Below are positions 38,690 to 48,741 of a stretch of 64,000 nt of DNA, piece by piece. Each line of letters begins with the position of its first letter. Position 1 is the stretch's first letter. The stretch is from the NCBI GenBank assembly GCA_041690395.1, contig JAWLHJ010000001.1:954089-1018088 (forward strand). Direction: 5' to 3'. Position numbers and translations under genes: made by a program. The notes under the pieces were generated by a model, which saw only the letters and a program-made list of their open reading frames with translations, had not been told where the DNA came from and did not search any database. The stretch comes from Longimicrobiales bacterium. GTDB taxonomy: Bacteria; Gemmatimonadota; Gemmatimonadetes; Longimicrobiales; Gaopeijiaceae.

Positions 38690-39817
38690 TTACAGCACGA
38701 AGCTTCGAATCAGATGCGCGACGACTGCCAAAGGCAGTGCCGTTGCCAAAGCAGTGAAGGCCTCGACCAGATAGAACGTCCTGACGGGATTCCCATTCCC
38801 CTTCGCCGCCAAGTGTGCAACCGTGGCGTCTCGGCGCTCCCTCTCAAAGGCCCCAACATAAACACAGAATAGGAGCGGCCAGGCTAAGCTCACGAGAAAG
38901 GTCGCCGCCCAAGTAGGATTGGCGAGGCCGATTCCAACGCCGGCCAGCACGTTCGGGGCCGGCACAGGCGAGCGGGACGATGGAGGGGCCCTCCGATCCT
39001 CACGAGGAGCAGTATCGTCAATGTTTTCAGAAACGGAATGCTCACCAGGCCGAGAAGATGGAGAAGGCCCGGCGATTCTGGCGCCCTCTGGGTAGGGGCC
39101 AGGGGGTAGGACAAGCGCACAATCTTGGCCGGACGTTGGCGGTTGAGTACGTACGAGGCCGATCACACCCGGGCGCTCAAACGAAGCGGTTACCTCGTCC
39201 AAGAATCCCGGAGTGGCGTCCGTGTCGAGCCAGACGACGTTTCGCCTCTCTGCGTGCAATTCGGTGACCGCAGTCCGCGCCATCTCGCGTCCCTCCCGGA
39301 TATACTCCTCCATTCGGTCATGGTAGAGCGCACGATCGATTCCGTCTGACTCCATAAGGAAGACGGCGGCCTGCTGTGGACAGACGTAAGCAACTTGTGC
39401 GGCGCCAAACCAGACCGGGAACCACTCGAGAGGGCCCGCCATTCCGGTTGGCGAGTTCTGGTATGCGTTGTCGATGCCGTATTGCAGCGAGTATCCACGT
39501 TCTCGGAGCGCGGCCCAGAACGGGGAGCAGACGGCGTCAAGGTAGTCCTTGAGGTACTCATCCCAATATGTGAGCACCGTCGCGCCCCGATAGAGATCAT
39601 CCGCGAGGGTGAACGCAGCCAAAGTAAGACTGTGGTCATCCAAGGCCTGACAGTGCCTTGCCACGGATCGCTCGACGTCCTTCAGCGCTTCAGGGCGCTC
39701 AACAGGCGGAAGCTCTACGACAAGCCGAGAAAGTCGATGGATGGCTCCCTGTTCGAACGAGGATCCGGACGGCTGATCCCAGTAGTCCGAAACCCGCCTC
39801 ATCATCCATGTCGACAT
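38690..39817 (-). CDS. hypothetical protein with C-terminal TM region
   Basis: Long ORF filling the cassette; start uncertain. Confidence 0.6.
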   Translation of the reverse strand: MSTWMMRRVSDYWDQPSGSSFEQGAIHRLSRLVVELPPVERPEALKDVERSVARHCQALDDHSLTLAAFTLADDLYRGATVLTYWDEYLKDYLDAVCSPFWAALRERGYSLQYGIDNAYQNSPTGMAGPLEWFPVWFGAAQVAYVCPQQAAVFLMESDGIDRALYHDRMEEYIREGREMARTAVTELHAERRNVVWLDTDATPGFLDEVTASFERPGVIGLVRTQPPTSGQDCALVLPPGPYPEGARIAGPSPSSRPGEHSVSENIDDTAPREDRRAPPSSRSPVPAPNVLAGVGIGLANPTWAATFLVSLAWPLLFCVYVGAFERERRDATVAHLAAKGNGNPVRTFYLVEAFTALATALPLAVVAHLIRSFVL

Positions 39818-39886
39818 GCGCGTAACCCGCCTATGTGCTTGTGAAGCAGTGCGGCGTACCCGGGGTCCGGCCCGAAGGCACATGTC

Positions 39887-40043
39887 CGCTAACGTTCAGA
39901 TGTTTCCGACGTGGCCCCAGCATATACGCTCATCTTTCCTGAGATCCACGGAGTTCAGCTGACAGCTTACGATGTCTAAACGCTCGAGGCCATGTAGGTC
40001 GGAGCGAACGAAGTGAGCGGAGCCGGAAACATTCTTGTTATAT
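39887..40043 (-). repeat. attC-like site (C)
   Basis: CGCTAAC...GTTATAT. Confidence 0.85.
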
Positions 40044-40093
40044 GAAGTCGCCTCGGTCGGCTGGATCCGGCCCTTCCTCGGCGGTGCCGCCAA

Positions 40094-40738
40094 TCACTCC
40101 CAGTCGGACCCATCGCCCAAGGACCGCAGGTAGAAGATCCCGCGGTTCGCGGCCCAACGCATTTCCTCTGACTCAGCAGGGTCCTCCATCACCGCCGAGA
40201 GGATCGAATCGGTCCGCGCCTTCCAGTCAGCTGGGAAGGTCCGGCCCTGGCTCGTGATGGGCGGCCCCACCGTCGCGCCGGGGATCTTAACCCCGTCATA
40301 CGGGAGATAGTCTTGATATGACGTACGGAAAGACGGGTGCGCTTGGGTGACGACGATCATGATACCGCCGATCCGAGCCACACGGCTAGCCGACTGGTCG
40401 GAGACGAGCTCCGTCGCAGCCTGTAGAATGCTGGCGTCACGTACGAAGAGGAACTGCGGTACGAGCCTTCGCAATGCTTCAGGATCTGAGATGGCTCGCA
40501 AGGCGCGGAGCTCTCCAGCGATCAACTGCCCACCGCGAGAGCCGCACCTGGAGAGTTTCTGCATCGCCAGAAGCCGGTCGCGTTCAGTAGTCGAGTTCTC
40601 AAGAGCCAGTTGTGCTCGCTCGCATTCTTCCTGGCTGGTCCCGCCAGACCACTCCACGGGCTCCTGGCCCTCAGCGCGAAGAAAGGTGCATCCGAGCGTA
40701 ACAAACCCGGCGACTAGAAGTCTTGCCATCAAGCCCAC
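40094..40738 (-). CDS. secreted hypothetical protein
   Basis: Signal peptide, GAGGAGG RBS, fills the cassette. Confidence 0.65.
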   Translation of the reverse strand: MGLMARLLVAGFVTLGCTFLRAEGQEPVEWSGGTSQEECERAQLALENSTTERDRLLAMQKLSRCGSRGGQLIAGELRALRAISDPEALRRLVPQFLFVRDASILQAATELVSDQSASRVARIGGIMIVVTQAHPSFRTSYQDYLPYDGVKIPGATVGPPITSQGRTFPADWKARTDSILSAVMEDPAESEEMRWAANRGIFYLRSLGDGSDWE

Positions 40739-40802
40739 AGTCGTGACCTCCTCGCCTCGTCCTACAAACCCTCGCGATCAGCCCAATCTAAAAGGCGATT
40801 TC

Positions 40803-40959
40803 ATATAACGTTCAGACGTTTCCGACGTGGCCACCACGAATCGTGGTCGGAGCGTCAGTTCGAGAATACGCTGCACTCCGCTTCCGGGCCACATTCGTTT
40901 GAAAGGCCATGTAGGGGGAGCGAACGAAGTGAGCGGACCCGGAAACGTTCTTGTTAGCC
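40803..40959 (-). repeat. attC-like site (A)
   Basis: ATATAAC...GTTAGCC; compensatory ACGTTTCCG/CGGAAACGT. Confidence 0.85.
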
Positions 40960-41208
40960 GATGCCCTCAGACCAAGGAACGTTTCAGCCGGAAAACCTAG
41001 ACCCGAGACCTGGATACTCTTGGCGCTCGTCGCGTTGCGACGTGGGTTGATGGAGCCCGAGTTCCTGGGCGGGGAAGGGGGCAACTCGGAGGCGATCCCG
41101 CTCGGTGAGCCAGCCGGTTACCCCGCAGGAGCCGCCCGAGAAACCGAAACCTGAGAAGTTCGTTGCGGCCACCCCGCCTACCGCACCTGTCTGAGGGTGT
41201 TGGCTAAC
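40953..41208. repeat. gene-less cassette copy 1 (subtype CCCTCAGAC)
   Basis: ~255 bp, homologous to 6 other cassettes, no conserved ORF. Confidence 0.85.
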
Positions 41209-41358
41209 GTTCAGATGTTTCCGACGTGGCCCACCACAAATCGTGGTCGGGCCTTCACTTCGAGAATACGCTGCACTTCGTTCCCGGGCCACAACTGCTT
41301 GGGGCCATGTAGGTCGGAGCGAACGCAGTGAGCGGAGCCGGAAACATTCTTGTTAACT
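41202..41358 (-). repeat. attC-like site (A)
   Basis: GGCTAAC...GTTAACT. Confidence 0.85.
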
Positions 41359-41396
41359 GACGTCGCACCACCGAAGCGCTCCCCATTCCCCGGTGG

Positions 41397-41765
41397 TCAA
41401 GGCGTATCCAACTCGTTAAGTCCCATGAATTCAAGCCGATTACCGAATGGATCGGCAGAGTAGAACCTCCGCACACCGGGGATCAGGTCGTCCCAGGACA
41501 CTGCATAGCCAGCTGTCTCAAGCCGCTCGGCCAAGTCGTGAAGGTTAACGACCTGAAATGCGGGGTGCGCCTTGCGGGCAGCTCTGAAGTCTGGATCGAC
41601 TCCAAGGTGGACGGAGCAGTTGCCGAGTCGGAACCAGCACCCGCCTCGGCCTCGCAACGCTTCGGGCTTCTCGGCTTCCTCCATCCCGAGCACCGCCGAG
41701 TAGAACTTGCGCGCCTCCGATTCACCGTCTTGCGGCATGGCGAGCTGAACATGGTCGATATGCAT
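41397..41765 (-). CDS. VOC/glyoxalase family protein
   Basis: IDHVQLA, ARKFY..VLG, KAHPAF, DPFGNRLEF. Confidence 0.88.
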   Translation of the reverse strand: MHIDHVQLAMPQDGESEARKFYSAVLGMEEAEKPEALRGRGGCWFRLGNCSVHLGVDPDFRAARKAHPAFQVVNLHDLAERLETAGYAVSWDDLIPGVRRFYSADPFGNRLEFMGLNELDTP

Positions 41766-41776
41766 ATCGTACCCGC

Positions 41777-42448
41777 CTATGTTCGGCTCCTCTCGGGAGC
41801 GTTGTCGCGGTCAGCACCACCTAGCGTGACCACCTTGAACTCGTCGGGAGCCACAATCTCCACTTTAAGTTTACTCCAACCGCTCGCGAGCTTACCGAAG
41901 GTGTCGGCAATCTTCTTCGCTGCGCGAGCGACCTCGACCTGCGGGCCCGAGCTGGCGTCGGTGCCTTGGAACGACTCGACCTCAAGCACCGACTCTGTCA
42001 CATGGTGAGTCGGATCGAAGGGAAATCTCCTCCGACTCTCGAACTCGCACCGAACTCCAATTGGACGGCCACCAAGTGCGGAGGATAGCCCACCGTACTG
42101 ACCCCACGTGATGACCCGACGGTCACCAGGGCCGAGTACAGGAATGCCGTCTACGACTGGCCCGGAAGAGAAGATCTCACTACCCGGCGTGTCGGCCTTC
42201 TCAAGCCCGAACGCCCGCGCGGGGATCGGCCGATCTGAGTTAATCCGAACGTTGTGAGCCAACCCGGCTCCAAGGTTTTCAATCACCAGGGTAATGATTG
42301 AGGGTCGGTCCTCGTCGTGTCTTGCGTAGACCACTACGTGGGGGTCGAGCGTTCCCCTGAGGAGGAAGTAACTCGTCATCGCGGTGAACACACTGACCAA
42401 CACCAGCCCGACCGTCGCCCAGAACATGGCTACCTGCGTCCACTCCAT
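41777..42448 (-). CDS. membrane-anchored hypothetical protein
   Basis: N-terminal TM, IENLG.G.A.NV; GGAGG RBS. Confidence 0.65.
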   Translation of the reverse strand: MEWTQVAMFWATVGLVLVSVFTAMTSYFLLRGTLDPHVVVYARHDEDRPSIITLVIENLGAGLAHNVRINSDRPIPARAFGLEKADTPGSEIFSSGPVVDGIPVLGPGDRRVITWGQYGGLSSALGGRPIGVRCEFESRRRFPFDPTHHVTESVLEVESFQGTDASSGPQVEVARAAKKIADTFGKLASGWSKLKVEIVAPDEFKVVTLGGADRDNAPERSRT

Positions 42449-42507
42449 CGTTGTTCCTCCCGCCCGGGGCTTCCGAACGCATGTCTGGAGTCAGTCCAAG
42501 CGATGTC

Positions 42508-42662
42508 AGTTAACGTTCAGACGTTTCCGACGTGGCCCCCACCGGAGCGTCCACGTTTCCCGCTTCGAGCATACGCTGCGATCGGCTTCCGCGCCACACC
42601 AGCCCAAGGCCATGTAGGGGGAGTGAGCGAAGCGAACGGACCCGGAAACGTTCTTGTTATGT
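42508..42662 (-). repeat. attC-like site (A variant)
   Basis: AGTTAAC...GTTATGT. Confidence 0.85.
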
Positions 42663-42892
42663 GACGCTGAGCCACGCTCCCAGGTTCTGCCCGGTATTCG
42701 CTCCAGAGACGCATCCCGAGTGTCTCGGACCTGAGAGCTCGAGCAAAGAGTCGAGAGGTTCAAGCGCACCTGACCGCCCCCCCCCAAAAATCGCCCGTCG
42801 TTGTTGCCACGAACGACGAACCGCTACCCATCATGCTGATGCGGAGCCGAAGCTACCTGTTCTGGGCCCCAACTCAAGCCATGACCTGATCC

Positions 42893-43267
42893 TCACAACC
42901 GGCGTGAGATGGGAGCCGTCGCAAGCCTCACGATGTCCGCCCGCCCCGAGTCCGGAATGGCGTCCAGCTTGATGTGGCGCATGTGCTTGCCTTTGCCTTC
43001 GAGCTTGAACACGGTCTCGGGCAAGTGCTCCGGGTCGTGGAGGAAGAACTTCACGTATCGGAGCCCAGGCTGGATCCCTACGGCAACACGCTCCGTGCCC
43101 CCGATGCTGTAGAGCGCATTGGCGATCTTCGCACCCCCGTAGATGTGCTCATCGAGCTGTGGGAACTCCGAAAGAAGAAGAGCGCGTAGCCATTCGGCGA
43201 TGTCCCGTACCTCGGCAGGGAAGGGCTCCAACATCTCCTCAAACGTCTGCGGCGCTTCTGCGTACAC
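42893..43267 (-). CDS. DUF1801 (YdhG-like) protein
   Basis: LEGKGKHMRHIKL motif. Confidence 0.75.
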   Translation of the reverse strand: MYAEAPQTFEEMLEPFPAEVRDIAEWLRALLLSEFPQLDEHIYGGAKIANALYSIGGTERVAVGIQPGLRYVKFFLHDPEHLPETVFKLEGKGKHMRHIKLDAIPDSGRADIVRLATAPISRRL

Positions 43268-43391
43268 GATCCGTTCCCGAGCAAGGGGTACACCGTGGAG
43301 GATCCTGGGCCCTATCCTGCAGGCACCCGGCTATCCCGCATCCGTCTGTTCCTTGGTGCCCACAGGCAAAACACGACCCAGGCTCAGTGTT

Positions 43392-43548
43392 ACATAACGT
43401 TCAGATGTTTCCGACGTGGCCACTGCATATACGCTGATCTTTGCTGGGACCGACGGAGTTCAGCTGACAGCTTACGATACCCGTCCGTTCGAGGCCATGT
43501 AGGTCGGAGCGAACGAAGTGAGCGGAGCCGGAAACATACTTGTTATAT
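43392..43548 (-). repeat. attC-like site (C)
   Basis: ACATAAC...GTTATAT. Confidence 0.85.
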
Positions 43549-43652
43549 GGCGTAGAGCCACGCTCGACTTCCGGCACCTCGCTGATCCCTCCTGCGCGGG
43601 AACCCAAAATTCAGGCTTCCTCGCCTATCGGCCTATCACGTATACCGTAAGG

Positions 43653-44246
43653 TCACCCTCCGTCGATAGCTACGTCAGCAAGCGTCTGGCGGAGAAAAGC
43701 CTGTACTCTCGGCTCTAAAAACGTTCGAAGCGCTCGCTCAACGCTGATACGATACTTGAAGAACCAACCATTCTTCACAAAGACGTATAGCAGCGATGTC
43801 TGAGAGGCGGAACCACGATCCAGTCGAAACTGACCTCGCCACCCCCGATACGACACCCCATCGACGGCGGTGATCGTAATAGTATCGCTGCTCTCAGTGG
43901 TGACCTCCACATCCTCTCGGGAGTAGGCTTCCACCCCCTCGAGTGCCGTGTCGAATTCTTGGCGCACCGCCTCCTCGGTCCCCGCCCTCAGGTCCGCCTC
44001 ATAGATATAGATGTCGAAAGGCATACGAGGTGCGATCGGAGATCGGTACTGTAGCTGGGTACCCGCGCTGGGATTTGGAAATCTCTGCACCATCATCACA
44101 GCAAAGGTGTCGGCCACTGAAGGAAAAGATACCCCCGAGAATTCAAATCTTTCGCCCCGGGTCTCGAAGGCATCCTGCGCGTTACCGAGGGTCGGCAGAG
44201 CAACGCTCCAGGCGATCAGAGCAACGATCAAGATGGCGGCTCGCAT
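43653..44246 (-). CDS. secreted hypothetical protein
   Basis: MRAAILIVALIA signal peptide after GAGAGGG. Confidence 0.65.
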   Translation of the reverse strand: MRAAILIVALIAWSVALPTLGNAQDAFETRGERFEFSGVSFPSVADTFAVMMVQRFPNPSAGTQLQYRSPIAPRMPFDIYIYEADLRAGTEEAVRQEFDTALEGVEAYSREDVEVTTESSDTITITAVDGVSYRGWRGQFRLDRGSASQTSLLYVFVKNGWFFKYRISVERALRTFLEPRVQAFLRQTLADVAIDGG

Positions 44247-44400
44247 ACTACCCTCTCGGAGAAACCTCACCGGACCACCTCCCTTAGCATCTCTCTCATT
44301 GCGCATAAACAAGCACATGGAGCCTGTCGTGGCCCAATGTCTAACGACGAGCCGCTTGGCTCTCAGACCTGCCGGCGCTGCCGAACCCAGGCTCTATGCC

Positions 44401-44557
44401 ATATAACGTTCAGATGTTTCCGACGTGGCCCACCACGCATCGTGGTCGGACCTTCACTTCGAGAATACGCTGCACTTGGTTCCCGGGCCACATTCGTCTG
44501 AGGCCATGTAGGTCGGAGCGAACGAAGTGAGCGGAGCCGGAAACATTCTTGTTATCT
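44401..44557 (-). repeat. attC-like site (A)
   Basis: ATATAAC...GTTATCT. Confidence 0.85.
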
Positions 44558-44601
44558 GACGTCGCACCACCGGATGAGATCGCCCCCATCCGGAGGCCCA
44601 T

Positions 44602-44940
44602 TCATCCCGAGACGCGAACCTTTGTACGACCTCGATCTCGGCTACGGGGCCGACGCTTCACGACGATCTCTACATCACGGTCCAGCGCATTAAGGAATCG
44701 CACCAACCGTTCGAGGGAGAACCCGTGTAGCTGACCATTCATCAGATTCGAGACAATAGGCTGCGTTGCACCGAGAACATCCGCAGCTTCGGCCTGAGTG
44801 AGGTGGCGCCCCCGAATGATCTCAGCGATCCGATAAGCGAGTTGTGCCTTACTCTCGAGCTCTTCCGCGTCCGGTAGCCCAAGGTCCGCGAAGACGTTTC
44901 CGCTTCCTTCCTCGATCTTGTTCTTCGCAGTCATGGTCAC
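44602..44940 (-). CDS. XRE-family HTH antitoxin (HigA-like)
   Basis: GSGNVFADLG, LTQAEAA..LG.TQP.VS, FSLERL. Confidence 0.88.
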   Translation of the reverse strand: MTMTAKNKIEEGSGNVFADLGLPDAEELESKAQLAYRIAEIIRGRHLTQAEAADVLGATQPIVSNLMNGQLHGFSLERLVRFLNALDRDVEIVVKRRPRSRDRGRTKVRVSG

Positions 44941-45299
44941 TCTCCTCGGTAGTGCGCTTCAGCAGCCGCAAGGCGATCTCGGATCAGATCGATCTCGTGC
45001 TTCGGCGTCTTGATACCCCGCTTAGACTTCTTTTGGAACGCGTGCAGAACGTAGATGGCATCCGCGAAGCGAACAGTATAGACCACGCGGTAGGTGTCCC
45101 CGTCGTGACGCTCAACGATCTCGAGTACCGTCGAGCCTGAAACGATGCCCTTCAACGGCTTCGCCTGGGGCGGCCGGCCCCCTTGTTGGGCCGTCCAGAG
45201 TGCGAAGCCGACATCGGTCCGAACCTCCTCAGGAAACGTCTGGAGATCGGACCGGGCCGAACTGACCCACCTTATTGGTTTCGGGGATAGTTCGCTCAT
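44937..45299 (-). CDS. RelE/HigB-like (Gp49) toxin
   Basis: DL..FP..VR...G.AL...QQG, YRVVY, VLHAFQKKS. Confidence 0.88.
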   Translation of the reverse strand: MSELSPKPIRWVSSARSDLQTFPEEVRTDVGFALWTAQQGGRPPQAKPLKGIVSGSTVLEIVERHDGDTYRVVYTVRFADAIYVLHAFQKKSKRGIKTPKHEIDLIRDRLAAAEAHYRGE

Positions 45300-45393
45300 A
45301 GCTCAGTATACCACAATTAGTATACTTGGGCCAGGCCTCAGGATGAGCGCAACACTAAGGAAATGCCTTCTCTCACGCCGTCTACGCGATGTC

Positions 45394-45549
45394 AGATAAC
45401 GTTCAGATGTTTCCGACGTGGCCACCACGAATCGTGGTCGGACCTTCACTTCGAGAATACGCTGCACTTCGTTCCCGGGCCACAACTGCTCGAGGCCATG
45501 TAGGTCGGAGCGAACGAAGTGAGCGGAGCCGGAAACATTCTTGTTATGC
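45394..45549 (-). repeat. attC-like site (A)
   Basis: AGATAAC...GTTATGC. Confidence 0.85.
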
Positions 45550-45581
45550 GTCGGAGCCTGCACTGAGCTCGGGGCGACCAA

Positions 45582-46697
45582 CTAGTCCAGGTCCGATCTG
45601 TAGTGCCAGGAATGGACGTCCCCATAGATACGCATGGCCGCTCGGTATAATGCCGCCTCGATTGGCCAATCGCGCATCTCGCCCTTCGACGCTCCCTGCA
45701 GGGCAGTAACAATGGCCTGGCGCCATTGATCCAGACGTCTCAGCACCTGGGGCAGATGTTTGGGGTTCGTAATCAGGACTGGGAGCTCCGGTCCCTTTTC
45801 TAGTAGACCACCCCGACACTCCCCCGGCCAGCCCTGCTTCCTGATAATCGACGCCGCGCTCGGGATCTCTCGAAACTCAACGTCGTGCCCTGTCGGCTCC
45901 CACTTCACCTCATACAAAGGGGAATCGACGCATACGATGGGCACGTGAGCATGGAGCGAATGAAAGAGCCGCCCTGTGCCAAAGTAGGCTTCCCGAAACT
46001 GCTCACGGACCTCGTGTGAGAGACCTGTTACGAAACGTGGTAGCGCAAACTCCCACGTCCACTGGTGTTCATTGCGGAAGGCGTCGAACTGAGTCAGAAG
46101 ATCTAGGTCACGGATGACCTGAACCTCTCGGCCGTCGCCATTGAAGCCCTGCATGTCCGAGTAGGCGAAATCATAGACGGCTCCTCCCGCCTTGTAGACC
46201 AACTCCTCCTTCTCGACGGATCCTGGCGTGGAGCCGTTCTTGATCTTCAGTGCAACAAGGCTTCCGACGTTCTCCTGTCTGAGAGCCGCCAGGGTTCCTC
46301 TGAGTCGCGACCCCAGGCGGGATCCGATGAAGTCACCGAACAGAGGAAAGCGCTTGAGCGCTCGCGTCCGGTCTGTGGGGAACAAGAACAACTCAACGTC
46401 CTCTCGGGACTTGCACTCGATCGGAGCGGACACGAGGAGCTGAAGGCCCGTACGATCATCGAGCACGACCTCCTGATAAAGCTGGAATAGCCGGTCCAGC
46501 TCTCTATATGTCCCGGGGCTATCCGGTGGTTCGTACACCACCGTTTCGCTCGAAGGGAAGATACCGGTGGTCCCCGACATTTCCTCGACCACTTCGGACA
46601 CCACTTTGGCGACTTCCAACTCGAGAGGAACCCCCGCTTTCGCAAGCAGGGCCACCACCCGAGCGCGCGCCTTTCTATTCGACAGCCAGTCTGACAT
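45582..46697 (-). CDS. PD-(D/E)XK-like nuclease-domain protein
   Basis: G.PLE.EV, RELD, IECKS arrangement typical of restriction-endonuclease folds. Confidence 0.65.
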   Translation of the reverse strand: MSDWLSNRKARARVVALLAKAGVPLELEVAKVVSEVVEEMSGTTGIFPSSETVVYEPPDSPGTYRELDRLFQLYQEVVLDDRTGLQLLVSAPIECKSREDVELFLFPTDRTRALKRFPLFGDFIGSRLGSRLRGTLAALRQENVGSLVALKIKNGSTPGSVEKEELVYKAGGAVYDFAYSDMQGFNGDGREVQVIRDLDLLTQFDAFRNEHQWTWEFALPRFVTGLSHEVREQFREAYFGTGRLFHSLHAHVPIVCVDSPLYEVKWEPTGHDVEFREIPSAASIIRKQGWPGECRGGLLEKGPELPVLITNPKHLPQVLRRLDQWRQAIVTALQGASKGEMRDWPIEAALYRAAMRIYGDVHSWHYRSDLD

Positions 46698-46732
46698 GAC
46701 CGAAAGGGTCCCTCAAGTGTTCGCGCTCTGAC

Positions 46733-46888
46733 GCATAACGTTCAGATGTTTCCGACGTGGCCTCCACCCGCCGGTGCACGCGGAGCCGATCGAGAATACG
46801 CTGCACCTCGCTCCCGGGCCACATTCGTTTGAGGCCATGTAGGTCGGAGCGAACGAAGTGAGCGGAGCCGGAAACATTCTTGTTATGT
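46733..46888 (-). repeat. attC-like site (A variant)
   Basis: GCATAAC...GTTATGT. Confidence 0.85.
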
Positions 46889-46925
46889 GACGGAGGCCTG
46901 GCCCATCATCTTCACGATCGGACGT

Positions 46926-48131
46926 TCACGAACTCTCAAAAGGATGCGGCTCGACCGGCCTGAAGATGCCGGTCTTGGTCATCGTGCGTACCAAGTCGAA
47001 CCTCTCGAACGCGGCCACAACGTCCAGCCCGTCGAGATTGGAGAAGCTGATCTCCTCCCAGCGGTCTCTCGGGATGCGGGCGCTGAGCAGGTAGTCGTCC
47101 CTGACGTTGCCAGTAGCCGGATCGGTCCTTTGCGAATATCCGCTCGCGACCACCTCTCCTACTCTCGGGAACGTGTGGAACACCTCGCCCGCGAGCCGGA
47201 AGAGCACCGCGTGAATGTGCCGCATATACTCCCGGCGGACCTGGGTATCCGACTTCTGCCTGATGTTCAGTTTCAATCCACGTGCTGCCGGCTTTGCCTC
47301 TTCCGACGGCATGTCTTCCACTTCGGGCAAATCAACATCGAGCCCTACGATCTTGCCATTGTCACTGATCTGAAATGCGACCTCGGTCTCCCGGGGCCAA
47401 TCGAGCGAGCATAGGCGAGTCGTTAACATGGCCTCCATCGCCTCGACGTTACCCTGCTGGGCCAACTCGAAGCTTCGGTGGCGTGCGGACTCTCCTTCTT
47501 CATGAGCCTGCTTCGCTTCTCTCCATTCGAGCAGACGCTTTTCCCAACTCTGCTGACGCGCCCGATTCTGTTCCTCTATGCGACGGCGGTACGGCGGCCA
47601 GATCCGGCCGAACACACCCACATTCTTCGGCCGAAGTGGAATCGGCTCGTCTGTAGCGAACGGCTCAGCATAGAAAGTCGGGCCTGTCACCGGGTCGGGT
47701 GTTCTGAGATGAATGTCCAGGATCTGATCGATGCCATCGTTCCACCTCTCTGATTCCTGGACCAGAAACGCTTCAATCTGCGCAGCATTCTGATCCCGGA
47801 ATGCCTTCTGCACCCTGGCCGGCAAAGAAGAGCCGTCCGTCCCCACGATATCGACCGTGCCGTCATCATGGAGTCGCACGTGAGCGGAGCGCGCTTCGGT
47901 CGAAGTCGCTCTCCCCGCGTTTGCGGCTGCCTGCTTCTTCAGGCCACCCCAGGTCTTCTCTTCCCGGAAATGGAGGCCGGTACCTGGGAGACCCACGCTG
48001 CGATGCACACCGCGAGGGCCCACCCCGAACTTCATCCCGCGCGGACCTGCCGAAATGCCCAGGCCCGACTTGCTGATATTCAGCGAGACACCGGGCATAA
48101 TCCTGACGCTACGCCTGAATCGAAGTCCCAT
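46926..48131 (-). CDS. DUF4236-domain protein
   Basis: MGLRFRRSVRIMPGVSLNISKSG...GLPGTGL N-terminus; coiled coil; GGAGG RBS. Confidence 0.85.
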   Translation of the reverse strand: MGLRFRRSVRIMPGVSLNISKSGLGISAGPRGMKFGVGPRGVHRSVGLPGTGLHFREEKTWGGLKKQAAANAGRATSTEARSAHVRLHDDGTVDIVGTDGSSLPARVQKAFRDQNAAQIEAFLVQESERWNDGIDQILDIHLRTPDPVTGPTFYAEPFATDEPIPLRPKNVGVFGRIWPPYRRRIEEQNRARQQSWEKRLLEWREAKQAHEEGESARHRSFELAQQGNVEAMEAMLTTRLCSLDWPRETEVAFQISDNGKIVGLDVDLPEVEDMPSEEAKPAARGLKLNIRQKSDTQVRREYMRHIHAVLFRLAGEVFHTFPRVGEVVASGYSQRTDPATGNVRDDYLLSARIPRDRWEEISFSNLDGLDVVAAFERFDLVRTMTKTGIFRPVEPHPFESS

Positions 48132-48184
48132 CTTCCCTCCGGCGGGGCATTCGCAATGTCTGCCTGAAAGTCCAGGCCTCTGTC

Positions 48185-48345
48185 ACATAACGTTCAGATG
48201 TTTCCGACGTGGCCACCGCCGGGCTGCTTACATGCGAACAGAAGCGGAACCCACGTCACTGCACCCAGTCTACGGACCTGAGGTGCTCGAGGCCATGTAG
48301 GTGGAGCGGGCGAAGCCCGCGCAACCGGAAACATTCTTGTTAGGC
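48185..48345 (-). repeat. attC-like site (B)
   Basis: ACATAAC...GTTAGGC. Confidence 0.85.
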
Positions 48346-48592
48346 GGCGTCACTGAGCCATCGAACGTTCCAGCCGGGAAAGCTAGACCCGAGACTTCGA
48401 ACTCTCGGCGCTTGGGGCGATGCGGCGAGGGTCGATGGAGCCCAGCTCTTGGGCGGGGAAGGGGGACCCTCAGTGGAGATCCTGCTCGCTGAGCCGGTGA
48501 GATACCCCGCAGGAGCCGCCCGAAATACCGAAACCCATGAAGCTGATAGCGGGCACCTCGCCTACCGCACCTGCTCAGTGATGTCGCCTAAC
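48339..48592. repeat. gene-less cassette copy 2 (subtype TCACTGAGC)
   Basis: Diverged homologue of copy 1. Confidence 0.85.
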
Positions 48593-48741
48593 GTTCAGAT
48601 GTTTCCGACGTGGCCACCACGAATCGTGGTCGGGCCTTCACTTCGAGAATACACTGCACATGGCTTCCGGACCACATTCGTTTGAAGGCCATGTAGGTGT
48701 AGCGGGCGCAGCCCGCGGAACCGGAAACATTCTTGTTATAG
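48586..48741 (-). repeat. attC-like site (A)
   Basis: GCCTAAC...GTTATAG. Confidence 0.85.

Noticed and set aside
41050..41190. Group II intron domain V/VI in the gene-less cassette (GAGCC…GTTC…GGGG…CCTAC)
   Set aside because: No intact ~34-nt DV hairpin, no GTGCG 5' end and no RT ORF; the resemblance is superficial
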